IMG/VR virus record: IMGVR_UViG_3300046484_000054
Location: 1 to 64,000 of that record
Length of the DNA stretch: 64,000 nt
Strand: one strand, 5' to 3'
Source: a virus
Made by a program: the position numbers and the translations under genes. Below are positions 49,406 to 57,231 of the stretch, piece by piece (position 1 is the first letter of the stretch; every line of letters starts with the position of its first letter). The notes under the pieces are model-generated. The model had not been told where the DNA came from. It ran no database searches and worked only from the letters and a program-made list of their open reading frames with translations.

Positions 49406-49801
49406 TCAAGTCACTATTTTAATAAATTCTTCCATTGTTCTGACTATGTGAATCGTGTGCTCAAGTTTTTCGCCCCAGACTTTCATTGCCAGTTGTTGCG
49501 GTGATAGTTTTCCTTTGGCGGTCTTGCACTCGACAAAAAATACCCTGCCTCCATTGGCAAGAATGGTAAAATCGGGTTCTCCAATAACGCGCATTGCCCG
49601 ATGCGCCATTGAGCCGTGAAAGTAAATCCAGCCTTTTGACCGGCAGTGGGCAATGATGGCGTTGTGCAAATCACCCTCCCGGCCAACCATGCCAAACGAT
49701 GGAATTTCGTTCTCTGAACATTTCTGCACCGTTGCCACTTTTGCCTTATGCGAGTGAACGCGCGCCTGCATCCGGTCGAAGTCGTATTGGGAAATGCTCA
49801 T
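49406..49801 (-). CDS. VRR-NUC domain nuclease
   Basis: GEPDFTILANGGRVFFVECKTAKGKLSPQQ matches the PD...(E)xK VRR-NUC core; start MSISQY. Confidence 0.7.
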   Translation of the reverse strand: MSISQYDFDRMQARVHSHKAKVATVQKCSENEIPSFGMVGREGDLHNAIIAHCRSKGWIYFHGSMAHRAMRVIGEPDFTILANGGRVFFVECKTAKGKLSPQQLAMKVWGEKLEHTIHIVRTMEEFIKIVT

Positions 49802-50130
49802 GGTTCGTCCCCGGTTTCTGGTTTCAGCGCCGCTTGCGCCAATTCTTTGCACTTGTAATAGAATTCTTGCAGAACGTTTGGGTGAACATCATTCGCCGGA
49901 ATGTCCATTTCAGAAATGGCGGCACAAACTTTCCGAAGCTGGTTGCGTTCTTCAACAACTGCAATGTGTTCCTTTTGTAATCCCAAATAAAAAATCCTCG
50001 CCTCATCCCGTCCGAGTTCGAGCTTGCGGGCGAAATCAATCCATTCAGGCCACCCCGATAATTTGAGCGAAACAATTCTATCTCTTTCAGCATCCGTCTC
50101 CGGCGTTTGTGATTTCGTTGTGGTTGTCAT
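49798..50130 (-). CDS. hypothetical protein (110 aa)
   Basis: ATGA couplings at both ends (49798-49801 and 50127-50130). Confidence 0.45.
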   Translation of the reverse strand: MTTTTKSQTPETDAERDRIVSLKLSGWPEWIDFARKLELGRDEARIFYLGLQKEHIAVVEERNQLRKVCAAISEMDIPANDVHPNVLQEFYYKCKELAQAALKPETGDEP

Positions 50131-50375
50131 GGTTTCAGCCCTTCGGTGGAGATGGCGTCGGCTTTGGGTGTTCTGACCCAAACACCATCAATATGCCTGC
50201 CAGTTCGTTTATATTTTGGCTGTCGGCGGTTGTAAATTTTTTCCGCTGACTTCTTGTAGCATTCAGCGCACAAGCCATGGCGACCGCTTGACTTAAGCCC
50301 GCAACCCCAAATGCAGGTTCCCCGATCCTTCATTTTTTTGCGCCATTTCGCACAGCATTCAGCATTGGTTTTCAT
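50127..50375 (-). CDS. Cys-rich zinc-finger-like small protein (82 aa)
   Basis: CC...C-x-W-G-C...CAEC pattern; first gene of a leftward early operon. Confidence 0.5.
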   Translation of the reverse strand: MKTNAECCAKWRKKMKDRGTCIWGCGLKSSGRHGLCAECYKKSAEKIYNRRQPKYKRTGRHIDGVWVRTPKADAISTEGLKP

Positions 50376-50387
50376 GTCGTCATCAAT

Positions 50388-50435
50388 ATGTCAAACTTTT
50401 ATCCGATTGTCAAATTAAATTATTATCATTGACAA
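50388..50435. promoter_or_regulatory. divergent control region with TGTCAA / TTGACA half-sites
   Basis: TTGTCAA (50407-50413) and TTGACAA (50429-50435) form a perfect 7-bp inverted repeat with an AT-rich 15-nt spacer; a further TGTCAA lies at 50390-50395. The region sits between divergent operons. Confidence 0.4.
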
Positions 50436-50587
50436 GGGGTGGGGTGTTGTGCGATTGGTTGGTCAATGCGACACGCGGTCACAAGTTTTAAGAATATGCC
50501 GGGCATCTTTTCAGGTGCTTGGCAGAACCGTCAGTCGCATGACAACTTGGCTGGTGAGGATCAAACCTTGCCGGCCTTTTTATTTTT

Positions 50588-50995
50588 ATGAGATATTCAG
50601 AATATCTTCAATCCGATCAGTGGCAAAACCTTCGGTTGAAAAAGCAAAAGCAGGCGCACAGATGCTTTGTCTGTCGGAAAACCCCAACACGCCTTAATGT
50701 CCACCATGCTCGTTATGGAGATTTAAGCAAATCGAAGACGGCTGATTTAAGAATCGCCCGCGAAGAATGTCACCGAATGTTCCATGTCGTAAAAGCCTCA
50801 AATCCACTTTCAACCGAGGCGGGAATCTTAAAGAAAACACGAAAGATAATTTCAGCTTTGCAACATACAGACTCCGGCACGGCAATAAAGCCGGAGAAGT
50901 TAGACCGCTCGCCATGCCATTGGCAACGACCGGCACTTCAACAACAATGGATGAGGGATGCAGAATCGAATACGCTCCCGACCGCCAGATTGTAG
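50588..50995 (+). CDS. HNH-like zinc-binding protein (135 aa)
   Basis: YLQSDQWQNLRLKK...HRCFVCRK...LNVHHARY...ECHRMFH resembles a common phage HNH-type family. Confidence 0.45.
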   Translation: MRYSEYLQSDQWQNLRLKKQKQAHRCFVCRKTPTRLNVHHARYGDLSKSKTADLRIAREECHRMFHVVKASNPLSTEAGILKKTRKIISALQHTDSGTAIKPEKLDRSPCHWQRPALQQQWMRDAESNTLPTARL

Positions 50996-51740
50996 CCAGC
51001 TTGACGCCTTGACCGCCTGACCCCAAGGCAAACGCCGATAGCAAGTTGACTGCGCCGCCGCAAGGGGAGTGCCATGTCCTTAATGCAATCATAAACAATC
51101 CGACTGGCAACAGTTGGCTTTTGCCCTCGCTCGCTCCTTCAGGAAGCAACCCCCAATTCAACTCATTCCACAATACCCTCAAATCTTACCGTTAAAAGGC
51201 ATGTAGAAAGGGGGCATCTACGCTCTATTCACGCATCACCCCCCATCCCCCAAAACACCCGCACCCCGGCCTCGTCATGCTCAGAACGACCACAAGAGCA
51301 GGCACAATCAGCATTGAATTAAGGATACACAATGGCTCTTATGCTCACATTGAATCTCGCCGTTGCCTTGATTCTATTGGTGAATCTGCATTGAATGATA
51401 ACTGTCCAGAATTTTAGGAAAAACTTTGATTTGCCGCAAATTACGTTGTGCCCGCTGCTGGCTTGTCTTGTGGTGTTGCTGGCTGCTCAGGCTGATCTCG
51501 GCGATTACGACCAGGACTGGAAGTTCCAAACCCGCGCTTCGACAGACCGAGAGAGAGACGCAGACAAACCACCGCGTTCACTCTCTCCTCCTGATTCTCA
51601 AACCCTAACAGTAGCGGCCATGAAATCAATCGGTAACGATAACGTGAACGATATTCATTGGGAATTGGTGAAGAATCGGTGAAAAAGCCAATCTTTAACG
51701 TTACCGATTTGGTTGAACCTTCATGCAAGCGTCTGGCGGA

Positions 51741-52124
51741 CTAAATCGGGATAAGCTGCAAATCGCCACGTTTAACATCGTGCCACATTGCGGCTGCTGA
51801 ATTGTAGCCAAGATGCCTTGCCGCTTGTCCTTTTGAAATAAACGATTTATTCACGGATGGCACAAAGACGGCGATCCCAAGTTTACACCGGCAAAGGTAG
51901 TGGCCGATGTAAGCTGCAATGATTTGTTGCTCGATCCTGCCAGCTTCGGCCATGCGACAATGTCGAAATACATGGAGTGCATCAAATGTCTTGCCCTTTC
52001 GATGCTGCCGCTCTCGGATAAGAACGTCAACCGATTGACCAACATAAATACAGTCGGAGCCTATAAAGAGGCCGTAAATCATCGTCGTTTCGCGCTCAAA
52101 ATTCATGCTTGACACTAAACCCAT
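51741..52124 (-). CDS. GIY-YIG family nuclease-like protein
   Basis: IYGLFIGSDCIYVGQSVDVLIRERQH fits GIY-(x9-11)-YIG plus the conserved Arg; the start could be 52124, 52106 or 52082. Confidence 0.55.
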   Translation of the reverse strand: MGLVSSMNFERETTMIYGLFIGSDCIYVGQSVDVLIRERQHRKGKTFDALHVFRHCRMAEAGRIEQQIIAAYIGHYLCRCKLGIAVFVPSVNKSFISKGQAARHLGYNSAAAMWHDVKRGDLQLIPI

Positions 52125-52144
52125 CCGCTGGCATAGTCAAGGGA

Positions 52145-52294
52145 ATGAATGACACGGACACGATTAAGGCGGCAATGTCGCTTCTGGGAAAGCGGACGAG
52201 CGAAGCAAAGGCGGCAGCATCGCGGCGCAACGGAAAATTAGGCGGCAGGCCAAAGACTGTCATAAAAAGCAAGCCAGTTGCAAAGATTGGTTGA
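52145..52294 (+). CDS. small basic protein (49 aa)
   Basis: MNDTDTIKAAMSLLGKRTSEAKAAASRRNGKLGGRPK; internal ATG of the 52109 ORF. Confidence 0.4.
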   Translation: MNDTDTIKAAMSLLGKRTSEAKAAASRRNGKLGGRPKTVIKSKPVAKIG

Positions 52295-52405
52295 TATTGC
52301 TGGAAAAGATTTGGCAGAAATCACACAACTTCACACTATACAAACCTATCCGTTTGGTTTATGCTTTGGGTGTTGACAGTAAACCAAAAACAAAAAGACT
52401 CAAAA

Positions 52406-53050
52406 ATGAAAATCATCGGATACACTTACGAAGCTGGCGCGCATTGCGCGGCTTGTGCGCAAAAGCGGCACACGGCGCAACCATTCCCCAGTGCGGGAAT
52501 AAACCGCAAGGATGAACACGGCCTGCCGGAAAACGGGCAAGACAATGAGGGAAATCCAATCCATCCCATTTTCGACACTGACGAGCAAATCTTTCCGCTT
52601 CATTGCGGCGATTGCCACGCCGTCATTTCAGCGGTTTTCAGGCCGGGCAAAACAACGCTCGAATCTTTGGACGCTTTCACGCGCGGTTATATTACGGCGG
52701 CATTTTGGACGTTTGACGAAAACGCGCCTTCCGGCGAATACTCCACCAGTGGCCGGCCTGAAATCCTTTTCGACAAACTTGCGCCGGAAACACTTGAACG
52801 CATGGCCGATGAATGCGCCATTTTTCAACAGGTGAATGAATCTGATCTTGCGGCATTTTGCCCGCGCGATGAACAGAACGGCCATGACTTTTGGCTGGCG
52901 CGCAACCATCATGGCAGCGGATTTTTTGACCGCGAACAAACCAAAGAAGCCAAGTTTAGAGAAATCGGGCAGCGGCTCACGCAGGCCTCACACGCTTGCG
53001 GCGAGCGCGATTTATACACCGGCGACGATGGAAAACTTTACATATCTTGA
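52406..53050 (+). CDS. hypothetical protein (214 aa)
   Basis: MKIIGYTY start after an A-rich leader; the GHDFWLARNHHGSGFFD segment recalls a widespread phage protein of unknown function. Confidence 0.55.
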   Translation: MKIIGYTYEAGAHCAACAQKRHTAQPFPSAGINRKDEHGLPENGQDNEGNPIHPIFDTDEQIFPLHCGDCHAVISAVFRPGKTTLESLDAFTRGYITAAFWTFDENAPSGEYSTSGRPEILFDKLAPETLERMADECAIFQQVNESDLAAFCPRDEQNGHDFWLARNHHGSGFFDREQTKEAKFREIGQRLTQASHACGERDLYTGDDGKLYIS

Positions 53051-53264
53051 ACCAATCTTAAAGACTCAAAAACAAAATGAAATTTGACCCGCACGCGCTC
53101 GCAAGTCTTTGCCGCAAACTGTTTTTGCGGTTTCCAAGCGGGCGCGTCGCGGGTTCTCAACCAAAAAGACTGACAAATGAATGAAAACAACGGAGCGGCG
53201 ACCTCGTCCTAATCATTACGACCTTGCTTGTGATTCTGGTTTGCAGCAATAGGAGATTTTGATT

Positions 53265-53375
53265 ATGCCCACGCTCCTGACAGTCCTAACCGTAGAATGG
53301 CTCTTGTGCTTTGCAGTATGGTGCATTTGCGCGGCGTGGCTGGTGTGGCAAGGCAGTGAAAGCAGGGGCGCTTGA
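53265..53375 (+). CDS. possible 36-aa membrane peptide
   Basis: Hand-read MPTLLTVLTVEWLLCFAVWCICAAWLVWQGSESRGA with AGGAG 9 nt upstream. Confidence 0.3.
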   Translation: MPTLLTVLTVEWLLCFAVWCICAAWLVWQGSESRGA

Positions 53376-53424
53376 AATCAATGAATCCTGATATGACGAT
53401 TCGTTGGAATAAACCTTGACCACT

Positions 53425-53640
53425 ATGGCACAAACTGGCAAACTCTTGCCCATGAATGAAACCTTTCACGTTCGGGCGTGTCAAGACAACACGGATATGT
53501 TAAACCAGATTCATCGCCATCTCAAAAAAAAGAGTCCCGGAGACCTGCTTTTGAACTGCTCTAAAAACGAATTGGCGAACACGGCCATGATGCTTGGATT
53601 GCTGGAATTGTCGCGCCGCCACGGAATCAAATTGAAATAG
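53425..53640 (+). CDS. small DNA-binding-like protein (71 aa; ribbon-helix-helix is a guess)
   Basis: ATG MAQTGKLLPMNETFHVRACQD... Confidence 0.4.
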   Translation: MAQTGKLLPMNETFHVRACQDNTDMLNQIHRHLKKKSPGDLLLNCSKNELANTAMMLGLLELSRRHGIKLK

Positions 53641-53716
53641 CATGAAAAAAACCCTGTCTGCCGACCACAAAGCCGCCATGCTCGCTGGCCTTCGGGCTGG
53701 CTTACGCGCTTAAAAT

Positions 53717-53899
53717 ATGACAATAGACTACACCCCAGCCATCCGCGCTTTCGTTGAGGAACGGATTCGCCACCTTCGCGCCGTCACAAATTTCATTGAA
53801 GGCCGGGAAAACATGATTGACGAGTTAGAATTGATACTCAAACTCTGCGATGGACTGACCAAACAAAACGAACTTCTGACAAAGGCACTTGGAATATGA
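53717..53899 (+). CDS. hypothetical small protein (60 aa)
   Basis: ORF track. Confidence 0.45.
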   Translation: MTIDYTPAIRAFVEERIRHLRAVTNFIEGRENMIDELELILKLCDGLTKQNELLTKALGI

Positions 53900-53953
53900 A
53901 AAACGCAATAGAAAATCCGACGCTGGAAATTTGCAGTTAAACAAAATAAAATT

Positions 53954-54982
53954 ATGGAGATTAAACCAGCAACACGTCAAGGGGTGAAGCCGCTTATTGG
54001 CATTTTCTCCGAATCAGGATGCGGTAAAACCATGTCATCGCTATTGCTCGCTCGCGGATTTGTCGGCGCGGCTGGCAAGATCGTCATGGTGGACACCGAA
54101 AGCGGGCGGGGAAGCCTTTACGCCGATGTCATTCCCGGCGGTTACGATGTCATCGAAATGCGAGAGCCGTTTTCTCCAGCGCGATACATAGAGGCCGTTC
54201 AAGAGGTTGAGAAATCGGGCGCGGGGATTCTTGTTATTGATTCCGCAAGCCATGAATGGGAGGGAATCGGCGGAGTCTTGGACATGGCGAACGAAAATGA
54301 AATAAGGACGCAGAAAACCGGACTTCACAACTGGAAACAACCAAAGCAGGAACACGCGAAGTTCATGCTGAAATTGCTTCAATCGTCGCTCCCGATTATT
54401 GTTTGCCTTCGCGCAAAGTTCAAGACCCGCCAAATCAAAGGAACGCAAGAACTCGCCGATGATGGAATTATCCGGCGCGACCAGATCGGGAAAACGGTCA
54501 TTGTAAAAGACGCCGAAACCGAGCCTATTCAAGACGGTAAGTTCATTTACGAAATGATGGCTCACGGCGAAATCATGCAAGACCATTCATTGCGATTGAC
54601 GAAATGCAGCCATCCTTCGTTGCGCGACTGTTTTCCGGTGAACAAGCCAATCGAAATCTGCCACGGCGAAGCCCTTGCCGCGTGGTGCGCCAGCGCGGGG
54701 TCGCCAGCGGGCGTTTCCAGCCCGGTGGCTACCACGACACCCCCTAAATCGTCTGGGGGCACGCTAGGCGAGAAGCAAAAGCTGGAATTGGAGCTTTGGA
54801 CAGTTTTGAAATCAATCAGAACGCCCGGCAAAAAGGGATTTTCGGAAGTAAATTCGTGGCTGTGGCGCGAGGAAATTCTTGATGCCGGAAAAGACCCGGC
54901 TGAAAACGTGGAAAGTCTGACGGCTGAAAAAATGCGCGAAGTTATCAAGGCCGCAAAAGCAAAACTTGGCCAGCTTGTATGA
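53954..54982 (+). CDS. Sak4-like (AAA_24/RecA-like) recombination ATPase
   Basis: Walker A GIFSESGCGKTMSS, Walker B ILVIDSASHEW; the size and neighbouring nuclease fit a phage recombination module. Confidence 0.7.
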   Translation: MEIKPATRQGVKPLIGIFSESGCGKTMSSLLLARGFVGAAGKIVMVDTESGRGSLYADVIPGGYDVIEMREPFSPARYIEAVQEVEKSGAGILVIDSASHEWEGIGGVLDMANENEIRTQKTGLHNWKQPKQEHAKFMLKLLQSSLPIIVCLRAKFKTRQIKGTQELADDGIIRRDQIGKTVIVKDAETEPIQDGKFIYEMMAHGEIMQDHSLRLTKCSHPSLRDCFPVNKPIEICHGEALAAWCASAGSPAGVSSPVATTTPPKSSGGTLGEKQKLELELWTVLKSIRTPGKKGFSEVNSWLWREEILDAGKDPAENVESLTAEKMREVIKAAKAKLGQLV

Positions 54983-55962
54983 TTGATTTTTCAAACTGCA
55001 AAATAGTTGGCGATGGCATTGACCATGACGCTTACGCCAAACAGCCGGACGGCGTGAAGCGCGGCGATGTTGCGTGGGTCATGTCCAGAGGCGAACTGAT
55101 GACATTTGCCAAGTGCCCGGCCAAGTGGATTGCTGGCGTTGAGGATGAGGACACGAAGGCTACGGCATGGGGCGACCTTGTTGATTCTCTTTTGCTGTCT
55201 CCCGCGAAGGCTGAAATTAAGTTCGCCGTCGCGCCAGCCGAATACGAGCCGGGCAAGCCGTGGAATTACAACGCCAAAGTTTGCAAGGCGTGGAAAGAGG
55301 AAAAAGCTTCCGCCGGAATGACGGTGACAACGGAAGCGGAAATGAAGAAGGCTTCAACCGCGCTCCAAGCCCTTCAAAAAAACAAGGACATCATGGAGCT
55401 TGTCGAGTGTTCCAAAACGCAAGTGATGGCGACCGGCGAATACCGCGACAAAGCGACCGGACTCAAAATCCCGCTGAAAATCCTTCTGGATTTAGTGCCG
55501 GATGTTGGAAATGCGCGCTTCGGAAAGTCTTTGGCCGATTTCAAGACGACCAAAAACGCGGCTATGTTTGAATTCGGACGCGACATTAACAATCATCACT
55601 ACGACGCGCAGGGCTGGCTATACAGCGCGATTTACAAGGCGGCGACGAAAGAGGATAAGGTTGACTGGCAAATCGCCGTCCAAGAGTCTGCCGAGCCATA
55701 CCACAGCGAGATTTACACGCTTTCCGATTCTGGTTTCATGTCCCAGACGGGCGAAACCAAAGTCTTGAAGGCGTTGCAACTTTACTGCTGGTGTTTGAAA
55801 AATAAAACGTGGCCGGGATATGCAATGACAGCGCGGGATCGTTACAATGGAATTGCCATCATCCAGCCGGAAGATTGGATGATAACCCGCTTGTCTGAAT
55901 TTTGCCCAATTCCACAAACCGAACAGCCCTTCACCGCCGACGCGAGCGACGTGCCAAGTTGA
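54979..55962 (+). CDS. PD-(D/E)xK (RecB/Cas4-like) exonuclease
   Basis: ILLDLVPD ... LADFKTTK ... HHYDAQGWLY (D, ExK-like and QxxxY motifs); ATGA overlap with the ATPase gene. Confidence 0.65.
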   Translation: MIDFSNCKIVGDGIDHDAYAKQPDGVKRGDVAWVMSRGELMTFAKCPAKWIAGVEDEDTKATAWGDLVDSLLLSPAKAEIKFAVAPAEYEPGKPWNYNAKVCKAWKEEKASAGMTVTTEAEMKKASTALQALQKNKDIMELVECSKTQVMATGEYRDKATGLKIPLKILLDLVPDVGNARFGKSLADFKTTKNAAMFEFGRDINNHHYDAQGWLYSAIYKAATKEDKVDWQIAVQESAEPYHSEIYTLSDSGFMSQTGETKVLKALQLYCWCLKNKTWPGYAMTARDRYNGIAIIQPEDWMITRLSEFCPIPQTEQPFTADASDVPS

Positions 55963-56069
55963 TCTACCGGAGCTATGCCGCGCCGGCGATAAACCAAAAA
56001 CGTAATATGCGGACTCAACCAAACCCAAGCGTGGCCGTTCCCGGCGTCGCGGATCAGCGACTGGTTCGG
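55962..56069 (+). repeat. attC-like element A1 (terminal; left core degenerate)
   Basis: Left ATCTACC; imperfect inner stem ATGCCGCG.. / CGTCGCGGAT; right CAGCGACTG-GTTCGGC. The loop and right arm are about 90 percent identical to A10. Confidence 0.5.
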
Positions 56070-56279
56070 CGAATTCGTCCGCATCGGAACACCATTCGAT
56101 TTAATTGCAGCGGCTATTTTCGAGACAGGATAACCAGACCGGACAACTGCTATAACTGCCTGCGTCGGGACGGCTATCCTCAAAACCTCGGCGGCGACGA
56201 GGCGTGTAAAAACTATTCGCCGAACGAATCAAGCTCAGCGACCCGGAAACGAGACGCTGGGCAAACCAAAGACTTATGA
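56007..56279 (+). CDS. cassette ORF, small Cys-containing protein (90 aa)
   Basis: ATG lies in the loop of A1 ([20 protein letters not shown]...) and the ORF reads through the A2 left arm. Weak protein-likeness. Confidence 0.4.
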   Translation: MRTQPNPSVAVPGVADQRLVRRIRPHRNTIRFNCSGYFRDRITRPDNCYNCLRRDGYPQNLGGDEACKNYSPNESSSATRKRDAGQTKDL

Positions 56280-56327
56280 AAAAAACAGAGACCGACAATC
56301 CGGGTTCGCTAAAGCGCGTTGTTATGC
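56219..56327 (+). repeat. attC-like element A2
   Basis: GCCGAAC ... AGCGA-CCCGG / CCGGG-T-TCGCT ... AAAGCGCGTT-GTTATGC. Confidence 0.8.
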
Positions 56328-56455
56328 TGCGGTGGTTGCGTTCGCGGCGAAAAAGGCTTTTGAAAATGCACGCCGCCGAAAAAGACCGGGGCGTAAAATT
56401 ATACATCGTCGGTCAAACAGACCTGATTGACATTCTAGTTGCAAAATATGAGTGA
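56276..56455 (+). CDS. cassette ORF (59 aa, below the track threshold)
   Basis: Hand-translated MKKTETDNPGSLKRVVMLRWLRSRRKRLLKMHAAEKDRGVKLYIVGQTDLIDILVAKYE. ATG in the A2 loop, ATGA-coupled to the upstream ORF. Confidence 0.45.
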   Translation: MKKTETDNPGSLKRVVMLRWLRSRRKRLLKMHAAEKDRGVKLYIVGQTDLIDILVAKYE

Positions 56456-56636
56456 ACCATCAGAAGCCAGAAAAGTGCTTGGCCCGTTCTTCTACATGAT
56501 GCGTAAGAGGGAAGAAAAATATCGGCTGGATGCGAGGCTGGCGAAAATAAAAGCCGACACAATTCGAGACGTGTATCTCGACCTTGACCAACGGCTCGCA
56601 CAGGAAGAAAATAAGCAGCATAACGTGCCGAACTGA
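56448..56636 (+). CDS. cassette ORF (62 aa)
   Basis: MSEPSEARKV...; 8-nt overlap with the previous ORF; stops in the A3 left arm (..HNVPN*). Confidence 0.5.
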   Translation: MSEPSEARKVLGPFFYMMRKREEKYRLDARLAKIKADTIRDVYLDLDQRLAQEENKQHNVPN

Positions 56637-56728
56637 GGCACGCCGAACCGATGACATCCGAACTCCTAAAACTCGAAGCGAATGACGGCAAGCGCCAATC
56701 GGCGTTGCCTCCAGTGAGTTTGTTCGGC
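56618..56728 (+). repeat. attC-like element A3
   Basis: GCATAAC ... GAGGCA-CGCCGA / TCGGCG-T-TGCCTC ... CAGTGAGTTT-GTTCGGC. Confidence 0.8.
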
Positions 56729-56752
56729 TGGCGCGACTGAAAATATACGAAT

Positions 56753-56983
56753 ATGACAAACATCGAAGAACGAATCGCAGAACTCACAGCACACCGCGCT
56801 TGTGGAAACCAAGAGCAAGACACGCAGAACGGAAAACTCGCCGGATATTGTGTCGTGTGCCAAGTGCCGTGGCCGTGCGAAATCGCAAAACCTCGTAGCT
56901 TCTGGGAGCAGAACGCGAGCGAAAGTCGAGCCATCGCGGAACTTGCAAAACCGTCCACCGCGCAGCCGAACGTGCGGAGCTAA
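56753..56983 (+). CDS. cassette ORF, Cys-rich (76 aa)
   Basis: Starts 25 nt after the A3 right core; CGNQ...CVVCQVPWPC; stops in the A4 left arm (..PNVRS*). Confidence 0.55.
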   Translation: MTNIEERIAELTAHRACGNQEQDTQNGKLAGYCVVCQVPWPCEIAKPRSFWEQNASESRAIAELAKPSTAQPNVRS

Positions 56984-57074
56984 GACGCTCCGCGATTAAA
57001 TTTATGCAAACAAAATCGAAACCAACACTCAAGCGGGAAAACAGCCGGAGTCGTTCTTCAGCGACTTGTTCGGC
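56965..57074 (+). repeat. attC-like element A4
   Basis: GCCGAAC ... AAGA-CG-CTCCG / CGGAG-T-CG-T-TCTT ... CAGCGACTT-GTTCGGC. Confidence 0.7.
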
Positions 57075-57231
57075 GCAAATCGAGGCGCTGTATAAAGCAG
57101 TCCAGAAATACGTCGAAAGCGGCGGCGGCAAACTTGTCGTCATCGGCGGAATAGCAATCCAAGAATGGCCGACAGACAATCCGATGGTGTTCCATGCGGT
57201 TGTTAGGCGCACGGCTACGAAACCAAAATGA
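57004..57231 (+). CDS. cassette ORF (75 aa)
   Basis: ATG in the A4 loop; reads across the A4 right arm and the partial A5. Confidence 0.5.
   Translation: MQTKSKPTLKRENSRSRSSATCSAQIEALYKAVQKYVESGGGKLVVIGGIAIQEWPTDNPMVFHAVVRRTATKPK
57181..57208 (+). repeat. attC-like element A5 (right half only)
   Basis: ..GGTGTTCC-ATGCGGTT-GTTAGGC with no convincing left arm. Its right core plus flank still matches the left core of A6 over 11 nt. Confidence 0.4.

Noticed and set aside
50694-51182. 162-aa - strand ORF
   Set aside because: It overlaps the HNH-like + strand gene and has shadow-like composition. The remaining non-overlapping part is treated as unexplained non-coding sequence.
53283-53372. CCTAACCGTAGAATGGCTC resembles the left arm CCTAACGTAGAAAGCTGAGCC of the array elements
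   Set aside because: No matching stem complement, no conserved right spacer and no GTTRRRY core follow. It lies inside a plausible 36-aa membrane-peptide ORF, so it is probably chance or a very old relic.
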